A DNA stretch of 64,000 bases. Origin: Bryobacteraceae bacterium (GTDB lineage: Bacteria; Acidobacteriota; Terriglobia; Bryobacterales; Bryobacteraceae). The translations under genes and the position numbers were made by a program. Every line of letters begins with the position of its first letter. The stretch's first letter is position 1. The notes below the pieces were generated by a model, which saw only the letters and a list, made by a program, of their open reading frames with translations, did no database searches and was not told the origin of the DNA. The DNA lies in the NCBI GenBank assembly GCA_036821995.1, contig DAISIM010000015.1:24060-88059 (forward strand), read 5' to 3'. Below, piece by piece: positions 38,129-47,870 of the stretch.

Positions 38129-39094
38129 ATGCGACTTCTATCGACTCTTGTTGGCGTGATCTGCCTGACCCTTGGGGTGAGCGGACAAGTAGCGAACGGA
38201 CAGACTGTGCGGTTCGGGATTATCGGGACTGACACGTCGCACGCGACGGCGTTTGCGAACATCTTTCACGATGCGGCGCGGGCAGACCACGTACCCGGAG
38301 GGCGGGTGGTGGCGGCCTACAAGGGTGGATCGCCCGACATCCCATCCAGCGCGGAGAGAGTGGATGGGTATGCGAAAGAACTGGTGGAAAAGCATGGAGT
38401 GAAGATTGTCGAGCGGATTCCGGAGCTATGTCCGCTAGTGGATGCACTCCTGCTGGAGAGCGTGGATGGGCGTCCGCACCTGCCGCAACTGCGGGAGGCG
38501 GTTCAATGCAAGAAGCCTGTGTTTATCGACAAGCCCTTTGCCGCCAGTTGGAAGGATGCTGTGGAGATGCAGCGGATTGCGCGGGAGGCGGGCGTGCCCT
38601 GGTTTAGTACATCGTCGTTGCGGTATGCCGAGTTTGTGACGAGCATGACGGGGAAGGCGGCGCGGGGAGCCATGACGTGGGGACCGGGTCCACTTGAGGA
38701 GCATCACGAACTCGACCTGGGCTGGTATGCGGTGCACCCGATTGAGGTGCTGTTCACGATTATGGGGACGGGCTGTGAGAAGGTAAGCCGGATTTCGGGT
38801 CCCCACGGAGAGGTGATCACGGGCTATTGGCGCGATGGCCGGGTGGGGGTGGTGCGGACACTGCTGCCATCTGGGGGATACGGAGCGGTGGCCTTCGGCG
38901 AGAAGGAAGTGCTGCAGAGCCCTGCGAACCCTGCCTTCAGCTATGCGCCCATGTTGAAGGCGGTGCTGGAGATGGTGAGGACGGGCAAAGCCCAGGTGCC
39001 CAATGACACCACGATGGAGATTTTCGCGTTCATGGAGGCCGCAAACCAGAGCAGAAAGGCGAACGGAGCGATGCAGCCACTGCCGCGCTGGTAA
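38129..39094 (+). CDS. Exported Gfo/Idh/MocA-family oxidoreductase
   Basis: Signal peptide MRLLSTLVGVICLTLGVSG, then the Rossmann start VRFGIIGTDTSHA and the FIDKPFA motif. Confidence 0.8.
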   Translation: MRLLSTLVGVICLTLGVSGQVANGQTVRFGIIGTDTSHATAFANIFHDAARADHVPGGRVVAAYKGGSPDIPSSAERVDGYAKELVEKHGVKIVERIPELCPLVDALLLESVDGRPHLPQLREAVQCKKPVFIDKPFAASWKDAVEMQRIAREAGVPWFSTSSLRYAEFVTSMTGKAARGAMTWGPGPLEEHHELDLGWYAVHPIEVLFTIMGTGCEKVSRISGPHGEVITGYWRDGRVGVVRTLLPSGGYGAVAFGEKEVLQSPANPAFSYAPMLKAVLEMVRTGKAQVPNDTTMEIFAFMEAANQSRKANGAMQPLPRW

Positions 39095-39148
39095 GGAGGG
39101 GCGGACAGCCGGATGATCGGCTCCGCCAATAGGGCGCCTTCGTGAACT

Positions 39149-41074
39149 ATGCCTGCTGAGACTGCTGCGTCAATGTACCGGTTCTTTTCGCCGGATGGGT
39201 ATCTGGCGCAATGGCACCCCCAGTATGAGCACCGGCCGGACCAGTTGCGGATGGCAAAGGCCGTAGAAGCCGCCATCAAGGAACGGCGGCACCTTCTGGT
39301 GGAGGCGGGTACAGGAACGGGCAAGACGCTGGCGTATCTGGTGCCAGCCCTGCTTTCGGGGAAGCGGGTGGTGATCTCCACCGGCACGAAGAATCTGCAG
39401 GAACAACTCTTCCATAAAGACCTTCCCCTCTTGCGCGACCATTGGCCGAACCCTTTGCGGGTGTGCGTCATGAAGGGGCGTAACAACTATGTTTGCAAGA
39501 GCAAGCTGTATGGGGCGGCTGAACTGGCGATTCTGGAAGGCTTGGAGGAAGTGCGGGAATTCGAGCAGATAGCCAAGTGGGAAGCCACGACCCAGACCGG
39601 GGACCGTTCCGAGGTGCAGGGGTTGGCGGAGGATAGCCGGGTGTGGCCGAAGCTGGATGCACGGGCGGACCGTTGCACCGGCCAGCGGTGTGCCCACTTT
39701 GAGGGATGTTATCTGACAAACATGCACCGGGTAGCCCGCGAAAGCGACGTGATTATTGTGAACCATCACCTGCTGTTTGCTGACCTGGCGGTGAAGGATA
39801 CCGATTTCGGGGCGATCATTCCGGAGTACTCAGTGCTGGTGCTGGACGAGGCGCATGAAGTGGAGGATGTGGCCGGGCAATATTTCGGGATGAGCGTGAG
39901 CAATCTGCAGGTGCAGGAACTGGCGCGGGATACGCGCATGCTGCTGCGCATGCTGCGGCGCAAGGACCCGCAGACCGAAAATGCGTTGCACGTGCTGGAC
40001 GAGGCGAGTGGAGCGTTCTTCCAGAAGTTTGCAGGGCCGGAAGGCAGGCTGGGTGGAGGCGTGCTGCCCGGACTGAGGGAGAGTGCCAGGGCAGCTTACG
40101 CGGATTTGCTGCTGGCGCTATCGCTGGTGGGCAGCGGGCTGCAGGCCCGGGCGGATGGCGTGGCGGACTTCGCGCCACTGTTCAGGCGGGGCCAGACGTT
40201 GAGCGAAAACCTGCGCACGTGGATGGAGGATCCAGGGGCGGAAGAGGTGCACTGGGTGGAGCGGAGGGGCCGGGGCGTGACGCTGCAGAGTTGTCCGGTG
40301 GACGTAAGCGGCCTGCTGCGCGAGAAGTTGTTTGGCGTGGTGGAGACGGTCGTGTTGACGTCAGCGACGCTGGCAGTATCTGACTCGTTTGACTTCATCC
40401 AGAACCGGCTGGGGGTGGATGCGCCGGTTACGCTGCGGGTAGATGGGCACTTCGATTACACCAGGCAGGCAATTCTGTACACACCCACCGGTTTGCCGGA
40501 TCCGCGGAGCCCGCAGTACGCCGAAGAGGCGATGGGCTTGCTGGAGGAACTGCTGGCATTTACACAGGGGCGGGCGTTCGTGCTGTTCACCAGTCATCAA
40601 CAGATGCGGACCTTTCACGCGGGGTTGCGGGAGCGGTTGCCGTATCCGACGCTGCTGCAAGGGACAGCGCCAAAGCACCAACTGTTGACTGAGTTCAAGG
40701 AAACGCCGCATGCGGTGCTGTTTGCGACATCGGCATTCTGGCAAGGGGTAGATGTGCCGGGCGAGCAACTGTCTTGCGTGGTGGTAGACAAGCTGCCGTT
40801 TGCCGCTCCGAATGACCCGGTGGTGAGCGCGAGGGTACAGCGGATCACGGCCAATGGAGGCGATGCGTTCCGCGAATACCAGGTGCCGCAGGCGGCCATC
40901 GCACTGAAGCAGGGCTTTGGACGCCTGATCCGCAGCAGCAGCGACCGGGGCGTTCTGGCGATTCTGGACCGCCGGATTCGCACGATGTCCTATGGCGCCA
41001 CGTTTCTTGAGAGTTTACCCCCGTACCGGCGGACGAGCAACCTGGAGGAAGTGGCGGCGTTTCTGCGCGGGTAG
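39149..41074 (+). CDS. DinG/XPD-family ATP-dependent DNA helicase (Fe-S type)
   Basis: Walker A EAGTGTGKT, DEAH box (VLDEAHEVED), four-Cys Fe-S insertion (NYVC...CTGQRCAHFEGC), and the C-terminal motif VI FGRLIRS. Confidence 0.88.
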   Translation: MPAETAASMYRFFSPDGYLAQWHPQYEHRPDQLRMAKAVEAAIKERRHLLVEAGTGTGKTLAYLVPALLSGKRVVISTGTKNLQEQLFHKDLPLLRDHWPNPLRVCVMKGRNNYVCKSKLYGAAELAILEGLEEVREFEQIAKWEATTQTGDRSEVQGLAEDSRVWPKLDARADRCTGQRCAHFEGCYLTNMHRVARESDVIIVNHHLLFADLAVKDTDFGAIIPEYSVLVLDEAHEVEDVAGQYFGMSVSNLQVQELARDTRMLLRMLRRKDPQTENALHVLDEASGAFFQKFAGPEGRLGGGVLPGLRESARAAYADLLLALSLVGSGLQARADGVADFAPLFRRGQTLSENLRTWMEDPGAEEVHWVERRGRGVTLQSCPVDVSGLLREKLFGVVETVVLTSATLAVSDSFDFIQNRLGVDAPVTLRVDGHFDYTRQAILYTPTGLPDPRSPQYAEEAMGLLEELLAFTQGRAFVLFTSHQQMRTFHAGLRERLPYPTLLQGTAPKHQLLTEFKETPHAVLFATSAFWQGVDVPGEQLSCVVVDKLPFAAPNDPVVSARVQRITANGGDAFREYQVPQAAIALKQGFGRLIRSSSDRGVLAILDRRIRTMSYGATFLESLPPYRRTSNLEEVAAFLRG

Positions 41075-41128
41075 GGGGGCCTAGACGCGGGGATTTCTTG
41101 GAGCTGGTGGAATTGCGGACGCAGGGGC

Positions 41129-41875
41129 TTAGCGGCCGTGGGCCAGGCGGAAGGCGAGGCGTTCCGGGAGGCCGGCGTCGAGAATCTTGCGCTGGGTGAT
41201 CTCAAAATCGTATGGCACGCGGTGCATGTGGAAAAGGCGATTGCTGGCGTCGTAGACAGCGTAGGCGGCGCGGGGATCCTGGTCTCTGGGTTGGCCGACA
41301 CTGCCAGGGTTGAGGATGTAGTAGGCCTGCTCCTCCACCTCAACCGTTTCGGTATCGGATTCGTCAGGGCGGGGCAGCACGGTAACCACGCCGCGAAGCA
41401 TGCGGAAGCCGCCTTGGACATGGGTGTGCCCGAAGAAGATAACTCCAGAATCGAGACGACCGGCGAGGATCTCGACATCGCTGGGGGTGATGAGGTACTC
41501 GTCCTCATCCAAGGGCGAGCCATGACAAATTTGGAAACCGTTCACCATGCGCGGGCCGCGTGGGAGTTCGCGAAGGTAGTCCACTGAATCAGGGGAGAGC
41601 TGGTTAAGGGTCCAGTAAGTGGCATCGCGGGCGGCGGGGTTGAACCACTCAAGATTTTCGCCAAGAGCAACGGCCTTGTCGTGATTTCCACGGATGACGG
41701 TCTGGGTGAGTTGCTGCAGGAGGGCGACGACGGCTTCAGGGTCAGCCCCATAACCCACCACGTCGCCGAGGCAGACCGCAGCTTCCAGGGAGGGGTAACG
41801 CGTCTCAGCATCGCGCAGGACAGCCTCGAACGCTTCCAGGTTCGCATGGATGTCGCTGAGGAGGAGATAGAGCAT
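41129..41875 (-). CDS. Metallophosphoesterase (YfcE/MJ0936-like)
   Basis: LLSDIHAN, CLGDVVGYG, RGNHD and FGHTH motifs are all present. Confidence 0.85.
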   Translation of the reverse strand: MLYLLLSDIHANLEAFEAVLRDAETRYPSLEAAVCLGDVVGYGADPEAVVALLQQLTQTVIRGNHDKAVALGENLEWFNPAARDATYWTLNQLSPDSVDYLRELPRGPRMVNGFQICHGSPLDEDEYLITPSDVEILAGRLDSGVIFFGHTHVQGGFRMLRGVVTVLPRPDESDTETVEVEEQAYYILNPGSVGQPRDQDPRAAYAVYDASNRLFHMHRVPYDFEITQRKILDAGLPERLAFRLAHGR

Positions 41876-42136
41876 AGCGATGACAGGGCTTATCGGCTAG
41901 ACCGAACCCCGGCGGCGGGACTGAGGGGCGCCGTTGGGGTAAGCGAGCTTGCAATCGGAATGGACAGGATTTGCTCCAACTCCTATTGTACGCGTGGTTC
42001 GGGATATGGTCGGCGCGAGGATTTGGGATGGAAAGGGGAAAGAGTACCTATCATGAGGGGCGGAGGGTACCAGACTGGAAAGAGGCTGAGGTTGTGAACC
42101 GGTTACGATGCGCGTTCAACGGTACAATCGAAACTT

Positions 42137-43060
42137 ATGTCTCTATTGGTTGTTGGGTCAGTAGCCTATGACGGGTTGGAAACACCCCACGGCAAAGTGG
42201 ATCGGATTCTGGGAGGAGCGGCGACCTACATTGCGCTAGCGGCAAGTTACTTCACAAAGCCGAGAATTGTAGCTGTAGTGGGCGACGATTTTGAGGCTCA
42301 GGACGAGGCGCAGCTGGTGGCGCATGGTATCGACTTGACGGGGCTGGAGCGAGTGCCGGGGAAGTGCTTTTTCTGGCAGGGTGTGTATTCGGCGGATATG
42401 AACTCGCGGACCACCCTGCGCACGGATTTGAACGTGTTTGCGGGATTTGACCCGAAGGTGCCGGAGAGTTATCGGGATTCAGAGTTTGTCTTGCTGGGCA
42501 ACATCCAGCCAGCGCTGCAGGCAAACGTGCGTGCACAGGTGGCATCACCCCGCTTTGTGGGCGGGGACACGATGAATTTCTGGATCAATGACTTCCGCGA
42601 GGAACTGTTGACGACCATCGCACAGTGGGATCTGCTGATGATCAACGACAGCGAATCCGTGGAGTTGTCCGGGGAGACAAACCTGCGGAAGGCTGCGGCG
42701 CGGATTCATGAGATGGGTCCTCGCTGGGTGGTGATCAAGCGCGGCGAGTACGGGGCGGTGCTGTTTGAGAAGGGCGCCGGGCATTTCGCGGCTCCGGGGT
42801 ATCTGCTGGACCAGGTGAAGGATCCCACCGGGGCGGGGGACTGCTTTGCCGGCGGGTTCTTTGGATATCTGGCGGAGGCACAGGCGCAAAGCGGAGGCGG
42901 GGCGCTAAGTGCAGAAAGCATTCGCCGTGCGGTGATTCACGGTTCGGTGATGGGGAGCTTCTGTTGTGAGGAGTTTGGTCCGCGCCGGTTTGAGAGCCTG
43001 AGTCGGGAAGAGATTGACGCACGGTACGAGGAGTTCGTCGCGTTCACGCGCTTCGCGTAG
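42137..43060 (+). CDS. PfkB-family carbohydrate/nucleoside kinase
   Basis: N-terminal GSVAYD motif and C-terminal DPTGAGDCFAGGF anion-hole motif. Confidence 0.85.
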   Translation: MSLLVVGSVAYDGLETPHGKVDRILGGAATYIALAASYFTKPRIVAVVGDDFEAQDEAQLVAHGIDLTGLERVPGKCFFWQGVYSADMNSRTTLRTDLNVFAGFDPKVPESYRDSEFVLLGNIQPALQANVRAQVASPRFVGGDTMNFWINDFREELLTTIAQWDLLMINDSESVELSGETNLRKAAARIHEMGPRWVVIKRGEYGAVLFEKGAGHFAAPGYLLDQVKDPTGAGDCFAGGFFGYLAEAQAQSGGGALSAESIRRAVIHGSVMGSFCCEEFGPRRFESLSREEIDARYEEFVAFTRFA

Positions 43061-43065
43061 AGACT

Positions 43066-44751
43066 ATGGCTTTCGCGCCTCGCGCAACAACGATGGCTTC
43101 GGCGCCGGCGGAAACACGCCGATTTGGTTGGGTGCCTCCATTGGTGGCGGCATTGCTGCTGGCTGTGCTGGCGGCTGCGGCGACATGGTGGGTGCACTTG
43201 CAGGGCTACACCCAATACTATGGCGATGCGCAGGCGCACCTAAACATTGCGCGGCGGGTGTTGGATACGCAGACGCCAGGGGCGATGCAGATTGGCACCG
43301 TGTGGTTGCCGCTGCCCCACCTACTGATGATGCCACTGGCTGGGGATGACACGTTGTGGGCCAATGGCTTGGCCGGGGCGATTCCGGCAAGCATCTGTTT
43401 CTGGATTGCGGGCGTGCTGTTTCTGCTGGCCTGCAGGGACATTCTGGGCTCATCGTGGGCAGGGATTGCCGGGCTTGCGCTGTTCGCGCTGAATCCGAAT
43501 CTGCTGTACCTGCAAGGAACACCGATGACGGAACCCGTGTTTCTGATGGCACTGGCCGGGATGTTCTTTGGTTGCGCGCGCTTTGTGGGGAACCCGCATC
43601 CGGCGTGGGCGCTTTGGATAGCTGTGTTTGCGCTGGCTGGTGCGATGACGCGCTATGACGGGTGGGTGCTGCTGCCACTTCTGTTGGGCTTTGTCCTTTG
43701 GCAAGGGGGAGAACGCCGGTGGTGGAGCGCAGTGATCTTCTGTGTGGTGGCGGGTGCGGGTCCGCTGTGGTGGCTGGCGCACAACTGGTGGTATTGGGGG
43801 GATGCGCTGGAGTTCTACCGCGGCCCGTATTCGGCAAAGGCGATCTACCTTCGGCAATTGGCGGCGGGGATGGATGCCTACCCTGGGGATGGAAGTTACT
43901 GGGAGTCAGCGCGCTATTACCTGGCGGCTGCCCGGCAGGTAGCGGGCTGGCCGTTGTTGGGAATGGGATTGCTGGGTACGCTGTGGCTGCTGCGCATGGG
44001 CCCCGGCTGGGCTGCACTGCTGCTTGGGATTCCGGCTGCGTTCTACATCCAGAGCATGCAAAATGCAGGGACACCGATCTTTGTGCCCGACCTGTGGCCC
44101 TATGCCCACTACAACACGCGCTATGGGTTGGCGCTGTTGCCGCTGCTGTGCCTGGGAGGGGCAGCCCTGGTGAAGGCAACGGCGGCGCGGTACCGGCCGC
44201 TGACGGTAGCGGTCCTGATTGGGGCAACGTCTCTGCCGTGGCTGCTGCAGCCTGGCGTGGAACATTGGGTGGTTTGGAAGGAAGGGGCTGTGAACAGCCA
44301 GCAGCGCCGGCAGTGGCTGGGGGAGGCTGCTACCTATCTGAAGAGGCTACATCGCCCGGGCGAGGAGATCCTGTTGAGTTTTGGGGATCCAACGGGCGTG
44401 CTGCAATTGGCGGAGATTCCGCTACGGGAGAGCCTGCATGAGGGGAACCACCCCCGATTCAGGGCTACGGTACAGCGGCCGGAGTATTTCCTATGGAGCG
44501 AATGGGCAGTGTGCCAGTCTGGGGACGACGTGTCGCGGGCCATGCAGCGCGCGGTGACCAGGGGATTGCACTACGGCAAAGTGCTGGAGATTCGGGCGGG
44601 AAATGCTGCGCCACTGGAGATCTGGCGGAGACGTTCCGCATTCGATGCAAGGGACATGAGCCTGCCACGTCACCTATTGCCGCCACGGCTTCCTGCCGCT
44701 CCAGATGAGGGTGAGGACGAGGATGAAAGCGAAGAGCCCGGGGAAAATTAA
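43066..44751 (+). CDS. GT-C fold membrane glycosyltransferase-like protein (ArnT/PMT-like)
   Basis: About 11 TM segments, followed by a soluble C-terminal domain and an acidic tail DEGEDEDESEEPGEN. The family assignment rests on architecture and loose similarity only. Confidence 0.6.
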   Translation: MAFAPRATTMASAPAETRRFGWVPPLVAALLLAVLAAAATWWVHLQGYTQYYGDAQAHLNIARRVLDTQTPGAMQIGTVWLPLPHLLMMPLAGDDTLWANGLAGAIPASICFWIAGVLFLLACRDILGSSWAGIAGLALFALNPNLLYLQGTPMTEPVFLMALAGMFFGCARFVGNPHPAWALWIAVFALAGAMTRYDGWVLLPLLLGFVLWQGGERRWWSAVIFCVVAGAGPLWWLAHNWWYWGDALEFYRGPYSAKAIYLRQLAAGMDAYPGDGSYWESARYYLAAARQVAGWPLLGMGLLGTLWLLRMGPGWAALLLGIPAAFYIQSMQNAGTPIFVPDLWPYAHYNTRYGLALLPLLCLGGAALVKATAARYRPLTVAVLIGATSLPWLLQPGVEHWVVWKEGAVNSQQRRQWLGEAATYLKRLHRPGEEILLSFGDPTGVLQLAEIPLRESLHEGNHPRFRATVQRPEYFLWSEWAVCQSGDDVSRAMQRAVTRGLHYGKVLEIRAGNAAPLEIWRRRSAFDARDMSLPRHLLPPRLPAAPDEGEDEDESEEPGEN

Positions 44752-44780
44752 GTGCGCAACAATGGAGAGGGTCTTTAGCA

Positions 44781-45617
44781 ATGCGAATTCCCTTTGTGAA
44801 GGCCGAAGGGGCCGGTAACGACTTTCTGTTGACGTGGGAAACCGATGCTCCAGCTGGAGACAGGGCAGCGATCGCGCGAGCGATCTGCCAGAGGCATCTG
44901 GGAGTAGGCGCGGATGGCTGGTATCTGGTTCAACCGAAGCCTGAGACACTAGCGGAACACGGAGTGGTGAAAGATGGCGGGGTAGCTGTGGATGCTGCCA
45001 TTCACCTATACAATTCCGATGGGTCAGAGGCCGAGTTATCCGGCAACGGCACACGCTGCGTGGCGGCCTGGCTGGCTTCGCAGAACCCTGGACAGACGGA
45101 ATTTGTGGTGCGGACTGGCGCGGGTTTGCGGCGGCTGCACCTGATGGAAGCGGCGGGAACCCGATTTCGATTGGGGATGGAGATGGGCTCGCCCATCGTG
45201 TCTGCGAAAGAGACGCTCACGCTGCCCGATGGACGGGTGGTGAGCGGGAACAGGGTGGACCCGGGGAATCCGCAGTTCGCTGTGGCCGTCGATGACTTCG
45301 ATTTTGACTGGAAGGAATTGGGAGCCATGCTGGAAGGGCATGCCGCATTTCCGCAGCGGAGCAACATTTCCTTCTACAGGAAGCGGGATGCGCACGCCGT
45401 GGAAGCGCGATTTTATGAGCGAGGTGCGGGAGCGACGCTGAGTTCCGGTACAGGTTCAACGGGTGCGTTGGCGGCTGCCCTGGCGCGCGGAGAGGTGACG
45501 CTGCCCGCGGTGGTGGAAACCGAGGCGGGTCCTCTGTATTTCCGGCAGGAGCGGGACGGCCTCCTGTTGGAAGGAACGGCAACGCTGATTGCCGAAGGAA
45601 GCTTTCTGTGGGGATGA
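44781..45617 (+). CDS. dapF: Diaminopimelate epimerase homolog (both catalytic Cys positions are Ser)
   Basis: Full-length collinearity with DapF: AEGAGNDFLL, RHLGVGADG, YNSDGSEAELSGNGTRC, DPGNPQFAV and YERGAGATLSSGTGS. See the findings for the Cys-to-Ser substitutions. Confidence 0.8.
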   Translation: MRIPFVKAEGAGNDFLLTWETDAPAGDRAAIARAICQRHLGVGADGWYLVQPKPETLAEHGVVKDGGVAVDAAIHLYNSDGSEAELSGNGTRCVAAWLASQNPGQTEFVVRTGAGLRRLHLMEAAGTRFRLGMEMGSPIVSAKETLTLPDGRVVSGNRVDPGNPQFAVAVDDFDFDWKELGAMLEGHAAFPQRSNISFYRKRDAHAVEARFYERGAGATLSSGTGSTGALAAALARGEVTLPAVVETEAGPLYFRQERDGLLLEGTATLIAEGSFLWG

Positions 45618-45650
45618 TGCCGGGAAGAGACGCCGGAAAGGACGGGACTG

Positions 45651-46955
45651 ATGAGTAGCGTGGAACAACTGCAGGAACAAATTCGCAACCACAGCGCGCA
45701 TGTGGGCGTGCTGGGCCTGGGCTATGTGGGATTACCGCTGGCCGTGGAACTGGCCAAGGTTGGGTTCCGCGTGACGGGCATTGACGTTTCGCGCGAGAAG
45801 GTAGACATGCTGAACCGGGGAGTTTCCTACGTGCTGGACGTACCCGAAGCGGAACTGCGCCCACTGGTGGAAAGCGGGAAGCTGTCGGCAACTACGGACT
45901 TCAGCGTAGTTGGGACCCTGGATACGGCCAATATCTGCGTGCCTACTCCGCTGCGCAAGACCAAGGACCCGGACATGAGCTATGTCGTGGCGTGTACGGA
46001 GGAGATTGCGAAGTACCTGAAGCCTGGGACGCTGGTAATTCTGGAATCCACCACGTATCCGGGGACCACGGAGGAACTGCTTTTGCCCACGCTGGAACGT
46101 TCCGGATTAAAGGTGGGGGAGGACTTCTTCCTGTGCTTTTCGCCGGAGCGGGTTGACCCGGGCAACGAGAAGTTTCAGACAAAAAATATCCCCAAGGTGG
46201 TGGGTGGCGTGACAGCGGCCTGTACCGAGACGGGCGCGCTGTTCTATCGCCAGGCACTGGAAACGGTGATTCCGGTGAGTTCAACCAGCGTGGCGGAGAT
46301 GGTGAAGCTGCTGGAAAATACATTCCGGATGATCAACATTGGGATGGTGAATGAACTGGCCATGATGTGTGACCGGATGGGTGTGAATGTTTGGGAAGTG
46401 ATCGACGCCGCAGCCACGAAGCCTTTCGGGTTTATGCCGTTCTACCCGGGACCGGGGCTGGGCGGGCACTGTATTCCCATTGATCCGTTTTACCTGTCTT
46501 GGAAGACCAAGCAGGCGGGTATTGAGGCCCGATTCATTGAACTGGCTGGATACATCAACGGGCAGATGCCGCGGTTTGTCGTGGACAAGGTGTCGGATGC
46601 GCTGAATGAGCATACCAAGCCCGTAAAGGGAAGCCACATCCATCTGTTAGGGATTGCTTACAAGCGGGATATCGATGACTTACGGGAGTCGCCGGCGCTA
46701 GACGTTGCGCACTTGTTGCAGCAGCGCGGTGCAAAGGTGACATTCAGCGACCCGTACATCTCAGTAGCAGCGCATGACGGTTTCCACCTGGAGCGGATGG
46801 ACGAGGACGAAGGGTTGGCGGCAGCAGACTGCGTGGTGATCGTTACGGACCACCGCAAGGTGGATTACGCGAAGGTGGGCGCGAAGGCCAAGCTGATCGT
46901 GGACACCCGCAATGCAATGAAGCATGTAGGTGGCGCAAACGTTGTTCGGATCTGA
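45651..46955 (+). CDS. UDP-sugar (UDP-N-acetyl-hexosamine type) dehydrogenase
   Basis: N-terminal VGVLGLGYVGLPLA Rossmann motif. Catalytic Cys context GLGGHCIPIDP. C-terminal AYKRDIDDLRESPA. Confidence 0.88.
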   Translation: MSSVEQLQEQIRNHSAHVGVLGLGYVGLPLAVELAKVGFRVTGIDVSREKVDMLNRGVSYVLDVPEAELRPLVESGKLSATTDFSVVGTLDTANICVPTPLRKTKDPDMSYVVACTEEIAKYLKPGTLVILESTTYPGTTEELLLPTLERSGLKVGEDFFLCFSPERVDPGNEKFQTKNIPKVVGGVTAACTETGALFYRQALETVIPVSSTSVAEMVKLLENTFRMINIGMVNELAMMCDRMGVNVWEVIDAAATKPFGFMPFYPGPGLGGHCIPIDPFYLSWKTKQAGIEARFIELAGYINGQMPRFVVDKVSDALNEHTKPVKGSHIHLLGIAYKRDIDDLRESPALDVAHLLQQRGAKVTFSDPYISVAAHDGFHLERMDEDEGLAAADCVVIVTDHRKVDYAKVGAKAKLIVDTRNAMKHVGGANVVRI

Positions 46956-46981
46956 TTGGCTATCGAGGGCAGGGGAGACGC

Positions 46982-47707
46982 CTAGGGCAGGCAGTGCAGC
47001 AAGACCGCGGTGACGTTATCGGGGCCGCCTCTCTCCTTCGCCAAGGCGATGAGGCGGTCAACCTTTTCTTCCACCGGGGTCGACATTTCCAGAATTTCCT
47101 TAATGTCAGGATCTGGTACCGGGCCACTGAGGCCGTCGGAGCAGAGCAGGATCTGGTCTCCGATCTCTACCTCTCCCTGGAAGTTCTGGATCTTGATGCG
47201 CTCCGTGGTGCCCACGGCCATGGTGAGGACATGCTTATGGGGGAAGCGCTCAATTTCCTCAGCGGTCATCGGAGTGGTGGAGCAAAGTTCGTTGAGTAGC
47301 GTCTGGTCGTAGGAGAGTTGGGTGATTGCGCCGTCGCGGAGCAGGTACGCGCGTGAGTCACCGACGTTGGCAATGAAAACGGTGGGGTGGCGCAAGAGAG
47401 CCAGGACGACGGTAGAACCCATGCCCTTGCAATCAGTGCTCTCACGGGCGCGCTCAAGGACGCGCTTGTTTGCAATACCAATAGCCTCCGCGATGATGGT
47501 TTGAGGATCTTTTTCCCCATCATGTTCGCGCAAGTACTCCGCGATGGTCTCAGCGGTGATGGCGGAGGCGACTTCGCCGCAGGCTGCACCGCCCATGCCG
47601 TCAGCGACGACAGCGAGAGACAGCGCAGGATCAATGAGCCACGCATCCTCGTTGTTCTTTCGGATGTTTCCCGGGTCAGTATTTCCCCACGCTTCAAACG
47701 ATGGCAT
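46982..47707 (-). CDS. PP2C-family Ser/Thr protein phosphatase
   Basis: NEDAW, VADGMGG, GDSRAYL, LCSDGL and GGPDNVT motifs. Confidence 0.88.
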   Translation of the reverse strand: MPSFEAWGNTDPGNIRKNNEDAWLIDPALSLAVVADGMGGAACGEVASAITAETIAEYLREHDGEKDPQTIIAEAIGIANKRVLERARESTDCKGMGSTVVLALLRHPTVFIANVGDSRAYLLRDGAITQLSYDQTLLNELCSTTPMTAEEIERFPHKHVLTMAVGTTERIKIQNFQGEVEIGDQILLCSDGLSGPVPDPDIKEILEMSTPVEEKVDRLIALAKERGGPDNVTAVLLHCLP

Positions 47708-47870
47708 TTTGTGTATTCCAGGCCAGAAGAGTACAGATCACCCGAACACTTCTGCGATTCAGCATGACATCACAATATAGCGAAATCCACGGCGATTTGG
47801 CGCATGGGGTAGGGAAAATTCGTTGTCGTCACGAAAACGGCGGGTTTCGAGGTTGGCTATAGACACGCTG

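Noticed and set aside
39149-41875. DinG-like helicase plus metallophosphoesterase as a defence or mobile-element module
   Set aside because: The genes are convergent, not co-transcribed. The helicase is a standard Fe-S XPD/DinG type and the phosphoesterase is a standard YfcE-like type. No nuclease, methylase or integrase is nearby.
43064-44227. 387-aa minus-strand ORF
   Set aside because: It is antisense to the GT-C membrane protein gene and has a Pro/Ala/Ser/Thr-rich composition with no motifs.
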